Source: Gammaproteobacteria bacterium (GTDB taxonomy: Bacteria > Pseudomonadota > Gammaproteobacteria > CAJXQU01). Taken from it: DNA of 64,000 bases. Positions 1 through 9,906 of the stretch are shown here, in pieces (position 1 is the stretch's first letter; each line of letters begins with the position of its first letter). A model generated the notes under the pieces. It saw nothing but the letters and a program-made list of their open reading frames with translations. It made no database searches and had not been told where the DNA came from. The position numbers and the translations under genes are program-made. The stretch is from assembly GCA_045110495.1 (NCBI GenBank), contig JBGCGE010000010.1, positions 2,392 to 66,391 on the forward strand, written 5' to 3'.

Positions 1-609
1 CAACATGTTGGTAATCCTGTTCGGGCATCGATTGTAGATCTAAAAAAACAAACAAAAAATAATGATCAAATCAGGATTCTGATCGTTGGTGGAAGTCTTG
101 GTGCAAGTTCGTTAAATACAATTGTTCCGCACGCTCTATCTCAAATCACAAACAAAAAAGAGTATGAATTAAACATCTGGCATCAAACAGGACAAGGCGG
201 TTTTGATCAAACACAAAAACAATATAAAGCGTTAAAAATCAAAGCGCGTGTAGAACCATTTTTAGATGATATTGATCAAGCTTATGGATGGGCGGATTTT
301 GTGATCTGTCGCTCAGGAGCATTGACCGTTTCAGAATTGGCCGCAGCTGGATTACCTTCAATTCTCGTTCCCTACCCACACGCGGTTGATGATCATCAAA
401 CAATGAACGCGGGCTACCTTGTTGATGCAGATGCTGCAGTGATTATTCCAGATTCTGATCTAACGAAAGAAAAACTAGCTTCGATTATTAATGATTGGAT
501 CGATAATCCAGGTAAGTTGATTGATATGTCTAATAACGCAAAAAAAGTAGCGATGACTGGTGCGACAGAACGAGTTTCAAATGCGTTACTGGAGGTGGCA
601 TATGGATAA
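1..609 (+). CDS. murG: MurG glycosyltransferase, 5' end outside window
   Basis: Frame 1 from base 1 reads QHVGNPVR, then GGSLGA, HQTG and RSGALTVSE..PYP..DDHQ..NA; first gene of the dcw run. Confidence 0.95.
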   Translation, partial: QHVGNPVRASIVDLKKQTKNNDQIRILIVGGSLGASSLNTIVPHALSQITNKKEYELNIWHQTGQGGFDQTQKQYKALKIKARVEPFLDDIDQAYGWADFVICRSGALTVSELAAAGLPSILVPYPHAVDDHQTMNAGYLVDADAAVIIPDSDLTKEKLASIINDWIDNPGKLIDMSNNAKKVAMTGATERVSNALLEVAYG

Positions 610-2053
610 AAATAATATCGATTCGATAGATCCAGGCATGGGTTCAAGCATGGGTATGGGGCGTGCGCATTATATCCATTTCGTTGGTATCGGCGGCGTC
701 GGTATGAGTGGTATTGCCGAAGTATTACATAACTTGGGGTACGAAGTTTCAGGCTCTGATCTTGCACAAAACCGTGTTACGAAACGACTTGCAGAAATAG
801 GGATTAAAATTTCTATCGGACATGATTCCGCTCATGTTGGAAAAAGTGATGCAGTCGTTGTATCAAGCGCAATTGATATTGAAAACCCTGAAATCTCATA
901 CGCCAAAGAGCATCGAATCCCCGTTATTCCACGCGCAGAAATGTTGGCTGAATTAATGCGTTTTCGGTATGGAATTGCGATTGCAGGTACACATGGAAAA
1001 ACTACCACGACAAGTTTAGTTGCCAGTTTACTTGCTGAAGGTGATCTAGATCCGACGTACGTAATCGGTGGCCGTTTGAATAGTTCTGGTACACACGCCC
1101 GTCTTGGTGATAGTCGTTACCTGGTTGCGGAAGCTGATGAAAGTGATGCGTCATTTCTACATTTGCAGCCGGTTATTGGTGTACTTACAAATATCGATCT
1201 TGATCATATGGAAACTTATGGTGGAGAAGTAGAAAAATTACGTGAAGCCTTTTTAGAATTTATGGCTAGATTACCTTTTTATGGCTTGGCTGTAGTTTGC
1301 TATGACGATCCAATGGCACGAGGTCTATTGTCTGATTTAACCAAACCAGTTCTCACCTTTGGGACAGATAAACAAGCAGATGTCAGAGCAACGAATGTTA
1401 AATTTTTTGAAGGTACTAGCAGCTTCGAGGTGAAACTTCCAAAGAATGAAAAAACATTTCCGATTAAATTAAATATGCCTGGACTTCACAATGTTTTGAA
1501 TTCATTAGCAGCGATTTCTGTCGCTTATGAACTAGGTGTTTCTGAAGATGCAATTTGCAGAGGTTTAGAAAACTTTCAAGGAATCGGACGACGATTTCAG
1601 ATCCATGGTTCGGTACAAATTGATCAAAGTAACGCATTGGTTGTCGATGATTACGGACATCACCCAAGTGAGATTGCTGCAACCATTTCAGCTGTCCGTG
1701 AAGGTTGGGCTAAGCGTCGCCTGGTAATGGTTTTTCAACCGCATCGATATACACGTACACGAGATCTGTTTGAAGATTTTGTTCAGATCCTTTCAAAGGT
1801 AGATGTGTTGATCTTGTTAGATATTTATTCTGCTGGAGAAAAATTGATCAAGGATGCCGACAGTAAAGCGCTTAGTCGGGCAATCAGATTGCGCGGACAA
1901 ATTGATCCAATCTTTGTCGATCATCCAGATGAAATTGTTTCTGTGATTCCTGGTTTTATTGAAGATGATGACATCGTATTGGTGATGGGTGCAGGAAGTA
2001 TAGGTCACGTAGCAGAACAGTTAATTGAAAGTTATGGGGGCAAAGCCGCGTGA
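602..2053 (+). CDS. murC: UDP-N-acetylmuramate--L-alanine ligase
   Basis: HFVGIGGVGMSG, GTHGKTTT, EADESD, DDYGHHP; start placed at ATG 602 behind GGAGG. Confidence 0.97.
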   Translation: MDKNNIDSIDPGMGSSMGMGRAHYIHFVGIGGVGMSGIAEVLHNLGYEVSGSDLAQNRVTKRLAEIGIKISIGHDSAHVGKSDAVVVSSAIDIENPEISYAKEHRIPVIPRAEMLAELMRFRYGIAIAGTHGKTTTTSLVASLLAEGDLDPTYVIGGRLNSSGTHARLGDSRYLVAEADESDASFLHLQPVIGVLTNIDLDHMETYGGEVEKLREAFLEFMARLPFYGLAVVCYDDPMARGLLSDLTKPVLTFGTDKQADVRATNVKFFEGTSSFEVKLPKNEKTFPIKLNMPGLHNVLNSLAAISVAYELGVSEDAICRGLENFQGIGRRFQIHGSVQIDQSNALVVDDYGHHPSEIAATISAVREGWAKRRLVMVFQPHRYTRTRDLFEDFVQILSKVDVLILLDIYSAGEKLIKDADSKALSRAIRLRGQIDPIFVDHPDEIVSVIPGFIEDDDIVLVMGAGSIGHVAEQLIESYGGKAA

Positions 2054-2973
2054 TGGCTGCGATGGATATGACATCCGATTTAAGAGGAACTTTAAAGCTT
2101 GATGAGCCAATGTCGAAGCACACGACATGGCGTGTGGGTGGAAGTGCTGATCGTTATTATGAACCGGCTGATATTGAAGATATGGCAAATTATTTACGCC
2201 AGCTTCCTGAGAAAGAACAGGTCACATTAGTTGGTTTGGGTAGCAATTTGTTGATCCGAGATAAAGGTATTCGCGGCAGTGTGATCTGTCCAACAGGATT
2301 GCTGAATGGATTTGAATTTTTGGATGATAACAAGTTGCGTGTGGAAGCGGGTGTGCCATGTGCAATTGTTGCAAAACGATGTGCAAAAGATGGATTTTCT
2401 GGACTCGAATTTTTAGCGGGAATTCCTGGAACGATTGGTGGCGCACTAGCGATGAATGCGGGTGCATTTGGTGGTGAAACCTGGCCGAACATTCAGAAAG
2501 TTGAAGTTTTAGATCGAGAAGGACAATTTCATGTTAGAAGTCCAGATCAATATTTAATTGGGTATCGATCTGTGATTGGCCCGATGGATGGGTTGCTCGA
2601 AGAATGGTTTGTTTCAGCACACTTTACTTTGAAGAGTTACGGCAATTCGAATGAGATAGAAGAAGGGACAAGTAAGATTAAAAAATTGTTAGCAAAAAGA
2701 TCAGAAACACAACCCACAGGTGTGGCAAGTTGCGGTTCTGTTTTTCGTAACCCACACGGTGATTTTGCAGCGAGATTAATCGAGGCATGTGGTTTAAAAG
2801 GCCATCAGATTGGAGGTGCGCAAGTTTCAGAAAAGCATGCGAATTTTATTATTAATTTAGGAAACTCAAGTGCTGCAGATATAGAAAACTTGATCTTGTT
2901 GGTCGCCGAAGAAGTAAAGAAAAAACAAGGCGTCACACTAGAATCTGAAGTGAGGATTGTTGGAGATGTCTAA
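2050..2973 (+). CDS. murB: UDP-N-acetylenolpyruvoylglucosamine reductase
   Basis: HTTWRVGG, GLGSNLL, GIPGTIGGALAMNAGA, GSVFRNP, HANFIIN. Confidence 0.97.
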   Translation: MMAAMDMTSDLRGTLKLDEPMSKHTTWRVGGSADRYYEPADIEDMANYLRQLPEKEQVTLVGLGSNLLIRDKGIRGSVICPTGLLNGFEFLDDNKLRVEAGVPCAIVAKRCAKDGFSGLEFLAGIPGTIGGALAMNAGAFGGETWPNIQKVEVLDREGQFHVRSPDQYLIGYRSVIGPMDGLLEEWFVSAHFTLKSYGNSNEIEEGTSKIKKLLAKRSETQPTGVASCGSVFRNPHGDFAARLIEACGLKGHQIGGAQVSEKHANFIINLGNSSAADIENLILLVAEEVKKKQGVTLESEVRIVGDV

Positions 2974-3895
2974 AGTGATAGAAACAATTCAATCTTTTGG
3001 GAAAGTCGCTGTGTTAATGGGCGGTACATCTGCTGAGCGTGATATTTCATTAGAGAGTGGACAAGCCATTCTGGCTGCCTTATTAAGAGCAGGTGTTGAT
3101 GCTGAAGGCATTGATTGGAAAGGCGGAATACCTTCGGAATTAGAACAAAAAAAAGTTGATCGAGTCTTTAATGCTTTGCATGGTCGAGGTGGTGAAGATG
3201 GAACAATCCAGGCGGTACTTGAAACACTAGAACTACCGTATACCGGGAGTGGTATTTTAGGTTCAGCGTTAGCAATGGATAAAGAAAGAACCAAACGAGT
3301 TTGGGCTGGATTAGGAATACCGACACCTGAATTTGTCGCGCCAATGGAACGACCAAATGCGAAAGAAGTAGTTAAAAAATTAGGACTGCCATTGATGGTT
3401 AAACCAGCAAGAGAAGGTTCGAGTTTTGGTGCTAATAAAGTTGAAAAAATTGATCAATTAATACCTGCCTGGGAGCAAGCAAAAAAGTTTGATGACAGTG
3501 TATTGATCGAGCAGTGGATCACCGGCGGAGAGTATACGGTTGGTATTTTACAAGGTGCAGCTTTACCTGCGATCAAATTAGAAACGCCACGCGATTTTTA
3601 TGATTTTCAAGCCAAGTATGAAGAAGAAACGACGCAATATATTTGTCCGTGTGGATTAGAAGCACACGATGAAATTGAGATTCAAAAGATTGCATTACAA
3701 GCTTTTGGCGCAGTGGCTTGTTCTGGATGGGGCCGTGTTGATTTGATGCTTAATGAAGCGGGAAATCCTTTCTTTATTGAGGTGAATACGGTTCCTGGAA
3801 TGACAAGCCATTCATTAGTACCGATGGGTGCTAAGCAGCAAGGAATCGAGTTTGATCAATTAGTGATCAAAATTTTAGAGACGAGTTTGTCATGA
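2966..3895 (+). CDS. ddl: D-alanine--D-alanine ligase
   Basis: GGTSAER, LHGRGGEDG, EGSS, YDFQAKY, EVNTVPG. Confidence 0.96.
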   Translation: MSKVIETIQSFGKVAVLMGGTSAERDISLESGQAILAALLRAGVDAEGIDWKGGIPSELEQKKVDRVFNALHGRGGEDGTIQAVLETLELPYTGSGILGSALAMDKERTKRVWAGLGIPTPEFVAPMERPNAKEVVKKLGLPLMVKPAREGSSFGANKVEKIDQLIPAWEQAKKFDDSVLIEQWITGGEYTVGILQGAALPAIKLETPRDFYDFQAKYEEETTQYICPCGLEAHDEIEIQKIALQAFGAVACSGWGRVDLMLNEAGNPFFIEVNTVPGMTSHSLVPMGAKQQGIEFDQLVIKILETSLS

Positions 3896-4776
3896 ATCGT
3901 ATAAACAATAAATCGAATAAAAAAAATCGATTGGTTAAAGGCCGAAGAAAACAAAATCGACGTGTGGTATCAGAGGGCTCTGAAAAGACAAATCGCCAAG
4001 TGGTGCGTGGTGGTCTGACACTTTTAGGTTTCTTTGCAATCTTTGTTTGTTTTTTATTGGCGACATGGGTGGCTGGAAAAATAGCTGATCCACGAACACT
4101 ACCGATAAAGATGGTGAAAGTGGTGAAAGAAGGAGAAGGAGAATTCCGATATTTAGCAACAAAAAATTTAAAAGCTTTAGTGAAGAACAATGCAAAAGGC
4201 GGCTTTTTTTCTCTGGATATTGAACAGATCAGAAACGCAGTTTTGAGTGCCCCGTGGGCAAGAGAAGTTACGGTAAGAAAATTATGGCCGGAGACTTTGT
4301 TCGTAAAAATCAAAGAACAAAATGCAGTTGTTCGTTGGGGAACTACAGGGTTCTTGAATCATAGAGGTGAGTTATTTGAACCTGAAGATACCAGTAAACC
4401 AGAGGGGTTAATCACGTTGAATGGACCTGTTGGAACAGAACAATTGGTGTTTCAGAAATACAAAATTTTGATGGGTTTGCTTAGCCCCAAAAACAGAACT
4501 GTTGCATGGCTCGAGCTGAATGAGAGACGTGGTTGGAGTTTTGAAATTAAACAAGGGCCAATGGTAATTGTAGGGCGTAAGGAAGTAGATAAACGCTTAT
4601 GGAAATATGTAAAGAGTGTTGAGCTGTCACTCGGGGATAACATAAAAAATATCGTTCAAGTCGACCTGAGGTATACGAATGGTTTTACCGTACGTGAACA
4701 TGACTTAAATGAGAGTGAACAAGGTGCAGAAAAATTGACCGGCACAGTTAGAAAGAAAGACATGAGAGGGACGTGA
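3892..4776 (+). CDS. ftsQ: Cell division protein FtsQ
   Basis: Basic N-tail, one TM helix, POTRA-like segment, VDLRYTNG; lies between ddl and ftsA. Confidence 0.92.
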   Translation: MNRINNKSNKKNRLVKGRRKQNRRVVSEGSEKTNRQVVRGGLTLLGFFAIFVCFLLATWVAGKIADPRTLPIKMVKVVKEGEGEFRYLATKNLKALVKNNAKGGFFSLDIEQIRNAVLSAPWAREVTVRKLWPETLFVKIKEQNAVVRWGTTGFLNHRGELFEPEDTSKPEGLITLNGPVGTEQLVFQKYKILMGLLSPKNRTVAWLELNERRGWSFEIKQGPMVIVGRKEVDKRLWKYVKSVELSLGDNIKNIVQVDLRYTNGFTVREHDLNESEQGAEKLTGTVRKKDMRGT

Positions 4777-6008
4777 TGGTAATGAAAAAAACGGATAAAA
4801 AATTGATCGTAGGCCTGGATATAGGGACTTCTAAAGTCGTCGCGATTGTTGGCGAGGTCGATGAGACGGGTGAAATTGAAGTCATCGGTATTGGGTCGCA
4901 TGCGTCGAGAGGTTTAAAAAAAGGCGTGGTGGTCAATATTGAATCGACGGTGCAATCCATCCAACGTGCGATACAAGAAGCTGAGCTAATGGCCGGTTGT
5001 GAAATCCGATCAGTTTTCACTGGTATTGCAGGAAGTCATATAAGTAGCCTGAATTCGCATGGCATCGTGGCCATTAAAGATAGTGAAGTCGTCCAGGGTG
5101 ATGTTGATCGTGTGTTAGATGCGGCCAGAGCTGTGGCGATTCCATCCGATCAAAAAATAATTCACGTGCTGCCTCAGGAATTCATTATTGATAAGCAAGA
5201 AGATATCCGCGAGCCAATCGGAATGTCTGGAGTTCGTCTCGAAGCGAAGGTACATATGGTTACTGGAGCAGTCAGTGCTGCACAAAATATTGAGAAGTGT
5301 ATTCGACGTTGTGGACTAGAAGTAGACGAGATCATTTTGCAACAGTTGGCATCCAGTTATGCAGTGCTAACCGAAGATGAAAAAGAACTGGGCGTGTGTC
5401 TGGTTGATATTGGTGGCGGGACGACAGATATTGCTGTTTTCTTGAATGGTGCAATTCAACACACAGCTGTGATTCCAATTGCGGGTGATCAGGTTACTAA
5501 TGATATTGCAGTGGCTCTTCGTACACCAACCCAGCATGCTGAGGAGATCAAAATTAAATATGCCTGTGCATTAACGCAGTTAGCAAACCCTGATGAATCT
5601 ATTGAAGTTCAGGGAGTTGGTGAGCGGGTTTCAAGAAGATTGGCGCGTCAAACCTTAGCAGAGGTGGTTGAACCAAGGTATGAAGAACTATTTATTTTCA
5701 TCCACTCTGAATTGAAAAAAAGTGGTTTTGAAGAGTTGATGGCGGCAGGCGTCGTGCTGACGGGGGGTAGTTCAAAAATGGAAGGAGCTATCGATCTGGC
5801 GGAAGAAATTTTTCATATGCCAGTCCGGTCAGGAGTTCCAAAAGGAGTAACAGGGCTAGTAGATGTAGTGAGTAATCCGATTTATGCCACTGGTGTAGGT
5901 TTATTGCTTTTTGGGAGTACATTTTCCAGGAGAAGCTCATCAGTGTCAGAATCGGGTAATGGAAGTATGTGGAAAAAAATGAAGAGTTGGTTTCAAGGGA
6001 ATTTTTGA
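4773..6008 (+). CDS. ftsA: Cell division protein FtsA
   Basis: GLDIGTSKV, VDIGGGTTD, C-terminal amphipathic WKKMKSWFQGNF. Confidence 0.98.
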   Translation: MMVMKKTDKKLIVGLDIGTSKVVAIVGEVDETGEIEVIGIGSHASRGLKKGVVVNIESTVQSIQRAIQEAELMAGCEIRSVFTGIAGSHISSLNSHGIVAIKDSEVVQGDVDRVLDAARAVAIPSDQKIIHVLPQEFIIDKQEDIREPIGMSGVRLEAKVHMVTGAVSAAQNIEKCIRRCGLEVDEIILQQLASSYAVLTEDEKELGVCLVDIGGGTTDIAVFLNGAIQHTAVIPIAGDQVTNDIAVALRTPTQHAEEIKIKYACALTQLANPDESIEVQGVGERVSRRLARQTLAEVVEPRYEELFIFIHSELKKSGFEELMAAGVVLTGGSSKMEGAIDLAEEIFHMPVRSGVPKGVTGLVDVVSNPIYATGVGLLLFGSTFSRRSSSVSESGNGSMWKKMKSWFQGNF

Positions 6009-6078
6009 GATCACTCGTCTGAATTATAAATAGATAACGTAAAAATTAAACCAAGGGTAACAATGGAGGATAAAAGCG

Positions 6079-7224
6079 ATGTTCGAATTAATGGATTCAT
6101 TCAGTCAGAATGCGGTAATTAAAGTAATAGGTGTTGGCGGTGGTGGTGGTAATGCGGTTGAACACATGGTTAGTGCAAGTTTGGAAGGTGTGGATTTCCT
6201 ATGTGCAAATACAGATGCACAAGCATTAGGTCACTCTACAGCTAAGACCACTTTGCAAATGGGCACTGAAGTAACAAAAGGTCTTGGTGCTGGTGCCAAC
6301 CCTGAGATTGGTCGACAAGCTGCGCTTGAAGATCGAGATCGAATTATGGATGTTTTAGAAGGTGCCGACATGGTCTTTATTACCGCGGGTATGGGCGGTG
6401 GTACAGGAACAGGTGCAGCACCCGTAGTTGCACAAGTAGCAAAAGAGATGGGAATTTTAACGGTTGCAGTTGTAACTCGACCATTTCCTTTTGAAGGTAA
6501 AAAACGATCAGAAATAGCTAACGATGGGATTAGTGATCTTCGTCAATATGTTGATTCCTTGATCACAATACCGAATGAAAAATTGTTGAGTGTACTTGGC
6601 CGTGATATCAGTTTGTTAAACGCATTTAAGGCTGCTAATGATGTTTTGTTAGGTGCCGTTCAGGGTATTTCGGAACTTATCATCCGTCCAGGACTCATAA
6701 ACGTAGATTTCGCAGACGTGCGAACAGTAATGTCAGAAATGGGAATGGCTATGATGGGCACTGGAACTGGGAAAGGTGAAAATCGAGCAAGAATTGCAGC
6801 AGAAGCAGCCGTTGCTAGCCCATTATTAGAAGATGTAAATCTAGCCGGTGCAAGAGGTATTCTGGTTAATATTACTTCTGGAATGGATCTGAGTATGGGC
6901 GAGTTTGAAGAAGTGGGTAACACAATCAAACAGTTTGCTGCTGATAGCGCTACAGTTGTTGTTGGAACTGTCATTGAGCCAGATATGACTGATGAAGTTC
7001 GCGTGACGATGGTTGCGACAGGTCTAGGTATGGTTGAATCAGGAAAATCAGAACCTTTGTCTATCGTAGATACAAGTCCCCGACCGACTGAAGTTGTGGA
7101 TTGGGGCAAGCTTGATCGCCCTACTATTATTCGGAATGGAGCGGATGGAGGAAATGAGGTGGACTCAACACGAGACTCAGATTATCTAGATATTCCTGCA
7201 TTTCTGAGAAGACAGGCTGACTGA
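6079..7224 (+). CDS. ftsZ: Cell division protein FtsZ
   Basis: GGGTGTG tubulin signature, C-terminal [12 protein letters not shown]. Confidence 0.99.
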   Translation: MFELMDSFSQNAVIKVIGVGGGGGNAVEHMVSASLEGVDFLCANTDAQALGHSTAKTTLQMGTEVTKGLGAGANPEIGRQAALEDRDRIMDVLEGADMVFITAGMGGGTGTGAAPVVAQVAKEMGILTVAVVTRPFPFEGKKRSEIANDGISDLRQYVDSLITIPNEKLLSVLGRDISLLNAFKAANDVLLGAVQGISELIIRPGLINVDFADVRTVMSEMGMAMMGTGTGKGENRARIAAEAAVASPLLEDVNLAGARGILVNITSGMDLSMGEFEEVGNTIKQFAADSATVVVGTVIEPDMTDEVRVTMVATGLGMVESGKSEPLSIVDTSPRPTEVVDWGKLDRPTIIRNGADGGNEVDSTRDSDYLDIPAFLRRQAD

Positions 7225-7261
7225 TATACTTTAAGTACGATCATAGTTCGAACAATCGCTG

Positions 7262-7299
7262 CCCTGTTTTTAAACTCATGGACGAGTCTAAAAACAGGG
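7262..7299. terminator. Stem-loop after ftsZ (terminator or RNA-processing hairpin)
   Basis: CCCTGTTTTTAAACTC-ATGGAC-GAGTCTAAAAACAGGG, 15/16 complementary; no U-tract. Confidence 0.5.
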
Positions 7300-7304
7300 T
7301 GAAC

Positions 7305-7332
7305 TTGTCGAAGTTGACGTCTGTGGTATCAT
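7305..7332 (+). promoter_or_regulatory. Putative sigma70 promoter of lpxC
   Basis: TTGTCG-N16-TATCAT with extended TG motif. Confidence 0.45.
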
Positions 7333-7402
7333 TCCTGAAAAAGAAATGTGAAAAACGGTCAAAGAATTGGCTGTATATTAAGGAATTGTTTCAGGTGTTT
7401 CT

Positions 7403-8314
7403 ATGATAAGACAATGTACTCTAAAAAATGTTATCCGTGCTACGGGAGTAGGGCTACATACAGGTAAGAAAGTCTATCTAAAACTACTGCCCGCAGAAAC
7501 AAATACAGGGATCATATTTCGTCGTGTTGATTTAGATCCAGTTGTTGAAATTTCTGCCCATGCCGAAAATGTCGGCGACACGTTGATGTCTACTAGCCTT
7601 GCAAAAGGTGATGTTACTATTTCAACTGTCGAACATTTATTATCAGCATTTGCAGGATTAGGAATCGATAATGCATACGTTGATGTGAGTGCACCTGAAG
7701 TGCCAATTATGGATGGTAGTGCCGGGCCATTTGTATTTTTGATCCAATCTGCTGGTATTCAAGAACAAGATGCACCGAAAGAGTTTATCCGAATCAAAAA
7801 ACCAATCATGGTTGAAGATGAAAACAAGTGGGCAAAATTCACTCCTTTCGAAGGATTCAAAGTTTCTTTTGCAATTGAATTCGATCACCCGTTTTTCGAA
7901 GAAAGTAGCAAGTTTGCATCTATCGATTTTTCATCAACTTCTTTTGTTAAAGAAGTGAGCAGAGCCAGAACATTTGGTTTCTTAAAAGATACAGAAGCAT
8001 TGCGCGAAAAAAATCTGGTCTTAGGCGGTAGTTTGAATAATGCTGTGGTTGTCGATGACTATAGAGTTTTAAATGAAGATGGTTTACGTTATGACGATGA
8101 ATTTGTTAAGCATAAAATACTGGATGCAATTGGTGATCTGTATTTGTTAGGGCATAGCTTAATCGGTGCATTTGAAGGAAATAAATCGGGTCATGCACTT
8201 AATAACAAGTTGTTAAGAGCCTTATTGGCTAATGAAGATGCGTGGGAGCTGGTTTCATTTACAGAAAAAGAGAAAAGCCCAATCTCGTTTTTACAATCCT
8301 TACCCGCTGGTTAA
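7403..8314 (+). CDS. lpxC: UDP-3-O-acyl-GlcNAc deacetylase
   Basis: [21 protein letters not shown]. Confidence 0.98.
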   Translation: MIRQCTLKNVIRATGVGLHTGKKVYLKLLPAETNTGIIFRRVDLDPVVEISAHAENVGDTLMSTSLAKGDVTISTVEHLLSAFAGLGIDNAYVDVSAPEVPIMDGSAGPFVFLIQSAGIQEQDAPKEFIRIKKPIMVEDENKWAKFTPFEGFKVSFAIEFDHPFFEESSKFASIDFSSTSFVKEVSRARTFGFLKDTEALREKNLVLGGSLNNAVVVDDYRVLNEDGLRYDDEFVKHKILDAIGDLYLLGHSLIGAFEGNKSGHALNNKLLRALLANEDAWELVSFTEKEKSPISFLQSLPAG

Positions 8315-8322
8315 TTATTGAT

Positions 8323-8781
8323 TCAGTCACCTCCATCTAAGCCAGTATGATGCTGCGATAAATTTTTTAACGCCTCAGAAAGATCATCATTTTTTATTCC
8401 TGTAGCAACAAAATTAAGTAATTCAGATGTTCCTTTAGACATTGGACGAACACCTCTTTTAGGTAGCTCAGTTTGCGATCTTGAAGGCACAACTTTAACT
8501 TTTAGTTTTTCAATCATCGCCAAACCCGTCACATTTCGCATATAATTAATAATCTCTGTCGCAATGAAATGAGTACGCGTTGACCACACCGGTGAATTTG
8601 CCTGTAAAATCAATGTGTTGCCTTTAATATTGCTAACAATAATATGATCAGATAATGGCAAAGGCAGGCAACGTTTTAAATGAAGGTTAGCGTTTTCGAT
8701 TTTTTTTGCTTGATCGATTAACGGTTTCAGACTCTGATGCTGAATTATTGAAGTGAGTTTTTTACCATGAGTTTTATACAT
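8323..8781 (-). CDS. dciA: DUF721/DciA-family protein
   Basis: Size, L.L.A.SPVW motif and conserved position opposite lpxC, before the M23/secA genes. Confidence 0.75.
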   Translation of the reverse strand: MYKTHGKKLTSIIQHQSLKPLIDQAKKIENANLHLKRCLPLPLSDHIIVSNIKGNTLILQANSPVWSTRTHFIATEIINYMRNVTGLAMIEKLKVKVVPSRSQTELPKRGVRPMSKGTSELLNFVATGIKNDDLSEALKNLSQHHTGLDGGD

Positions 8782-8817
8782 AACGATAATACTATTTTGA
8801 CATAGCTGGGGAAAATA

Positions 8818-9774
8818 ATGCAGATTTTGATCACAGATAGTTCAAATGGGCGTCTATCACAACTAAAAGCCGGTTGGATAATAATTTCATTGGTCACGTT
8901 GGCTGTGACTTGTTTAATTGGAACGGCGGGATATGTTGGTTATTACCTTGGAACACGAGGTTCCGAACAAGAAGTTGAACTAAAAAACCTGGCCCAAGAG
9001 CAACTTTTCACCAGCCAGTCACTTACCCTGAGTGAAGAAGCTGACGAACAAAAATTACAGATCAATACTGCTGTTTACGAGGCACAAGAAAATTTAAATG
9101 CATTAGCGATGAAGTTAGGTGGTATCCAGGCAAAGGTTACTCGGCTAGAAGCCGCAAGCATACGCTTGACTTCACTTGCGGGTGTCAAAACGGGAGAGTT
9201 TAATTATGAAGAATCTCCTGCGATTGGGGGTATTTTAGATCCAGTTAACCAGCGAGAATTTAGTGTCCCAGATTTTATTCAGTCACTAGAGAACTTGTCA
9301 GACAAAGTGGATGTACATAAACATAAACTCAACATGCTGGAATCGATCATACTTGTTGGTCAGCTCGAAAATGCGTCTGTACCGTCGGGTAACCCTGTTG
9401 CAGATGGTTGGATATCATCTGGATTCGGAGAACGTACAGATCCACTTTCAGGTAAACATGACTTGCACCGTGGCCTTGATTTTGCTGGACAAGAAGGAAC
9501 GCATATTTATGCGGTAGCGGATGGCGTTGTGACTTGGTCTGGTAAGCAAACAGGTTTTGGAAATGTTGTAGAAATTGATCATGGTTATGGCTATGTGACC
9601 AGGTATGCGCACAATAAAGAGAATATTGTCTCAGTTGGAGATAAAGTTATAAAAGGAAACACAATTGCATTAATGGGATCAACAGGCCGTTCAACAGGAA
9701 CTCATGTTCACTTTGAAGTTGAACATAATGGAAAGTTGGTCAATCCTAGACACTATTTGAAGCCACAAGGATAA
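8818..9774 (+). CDS. M23 family peptidoglycan metallopeptidase
   Basis: TM helix, coiled coil, HRGLD (HxxxD) and GRSTGTHVHFE (HxH). Confidence 0.93.
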   Translation: MQILITDSSNGRLSQLKAGWIIISLVTLAVTCLIGTAGYVGYYLGTRGSEQEVELKNLAQEQLFTSQSLTLSEEADEQKLQINTAVYEAQENLNALAMKLGGIQAKVTRLEAASIRLTSLAGVKTGEFNYEESPAIGGILDPVNQREFSVPDFIQSLENLSDKVDVHKHKLNMLESIILVGQLENASVPSGNPVADGWISSGFGERTDPLSGKHDLHRGLDFAGQEGTHIYAVADGVVTWSGKQTGFGNVVEIDHGYGYVTRYAHNKENIVSVGDKVIKGNTIALMGSTGRSTGTHVHFEVEHNGKLVNPRHYLKPQG

Positions 9775-9906
9775 TTCAAAAATTCACTAAAGTTGGGTTG
9801 AAAACTGATCCGACCGTGTATATATAGTTGTAACTATAGTAATCTACACTTTTTTAATAAACATATTTTGTAAACTCCCTACCATCAGGATTTAAACCAA
9901 AAGCAG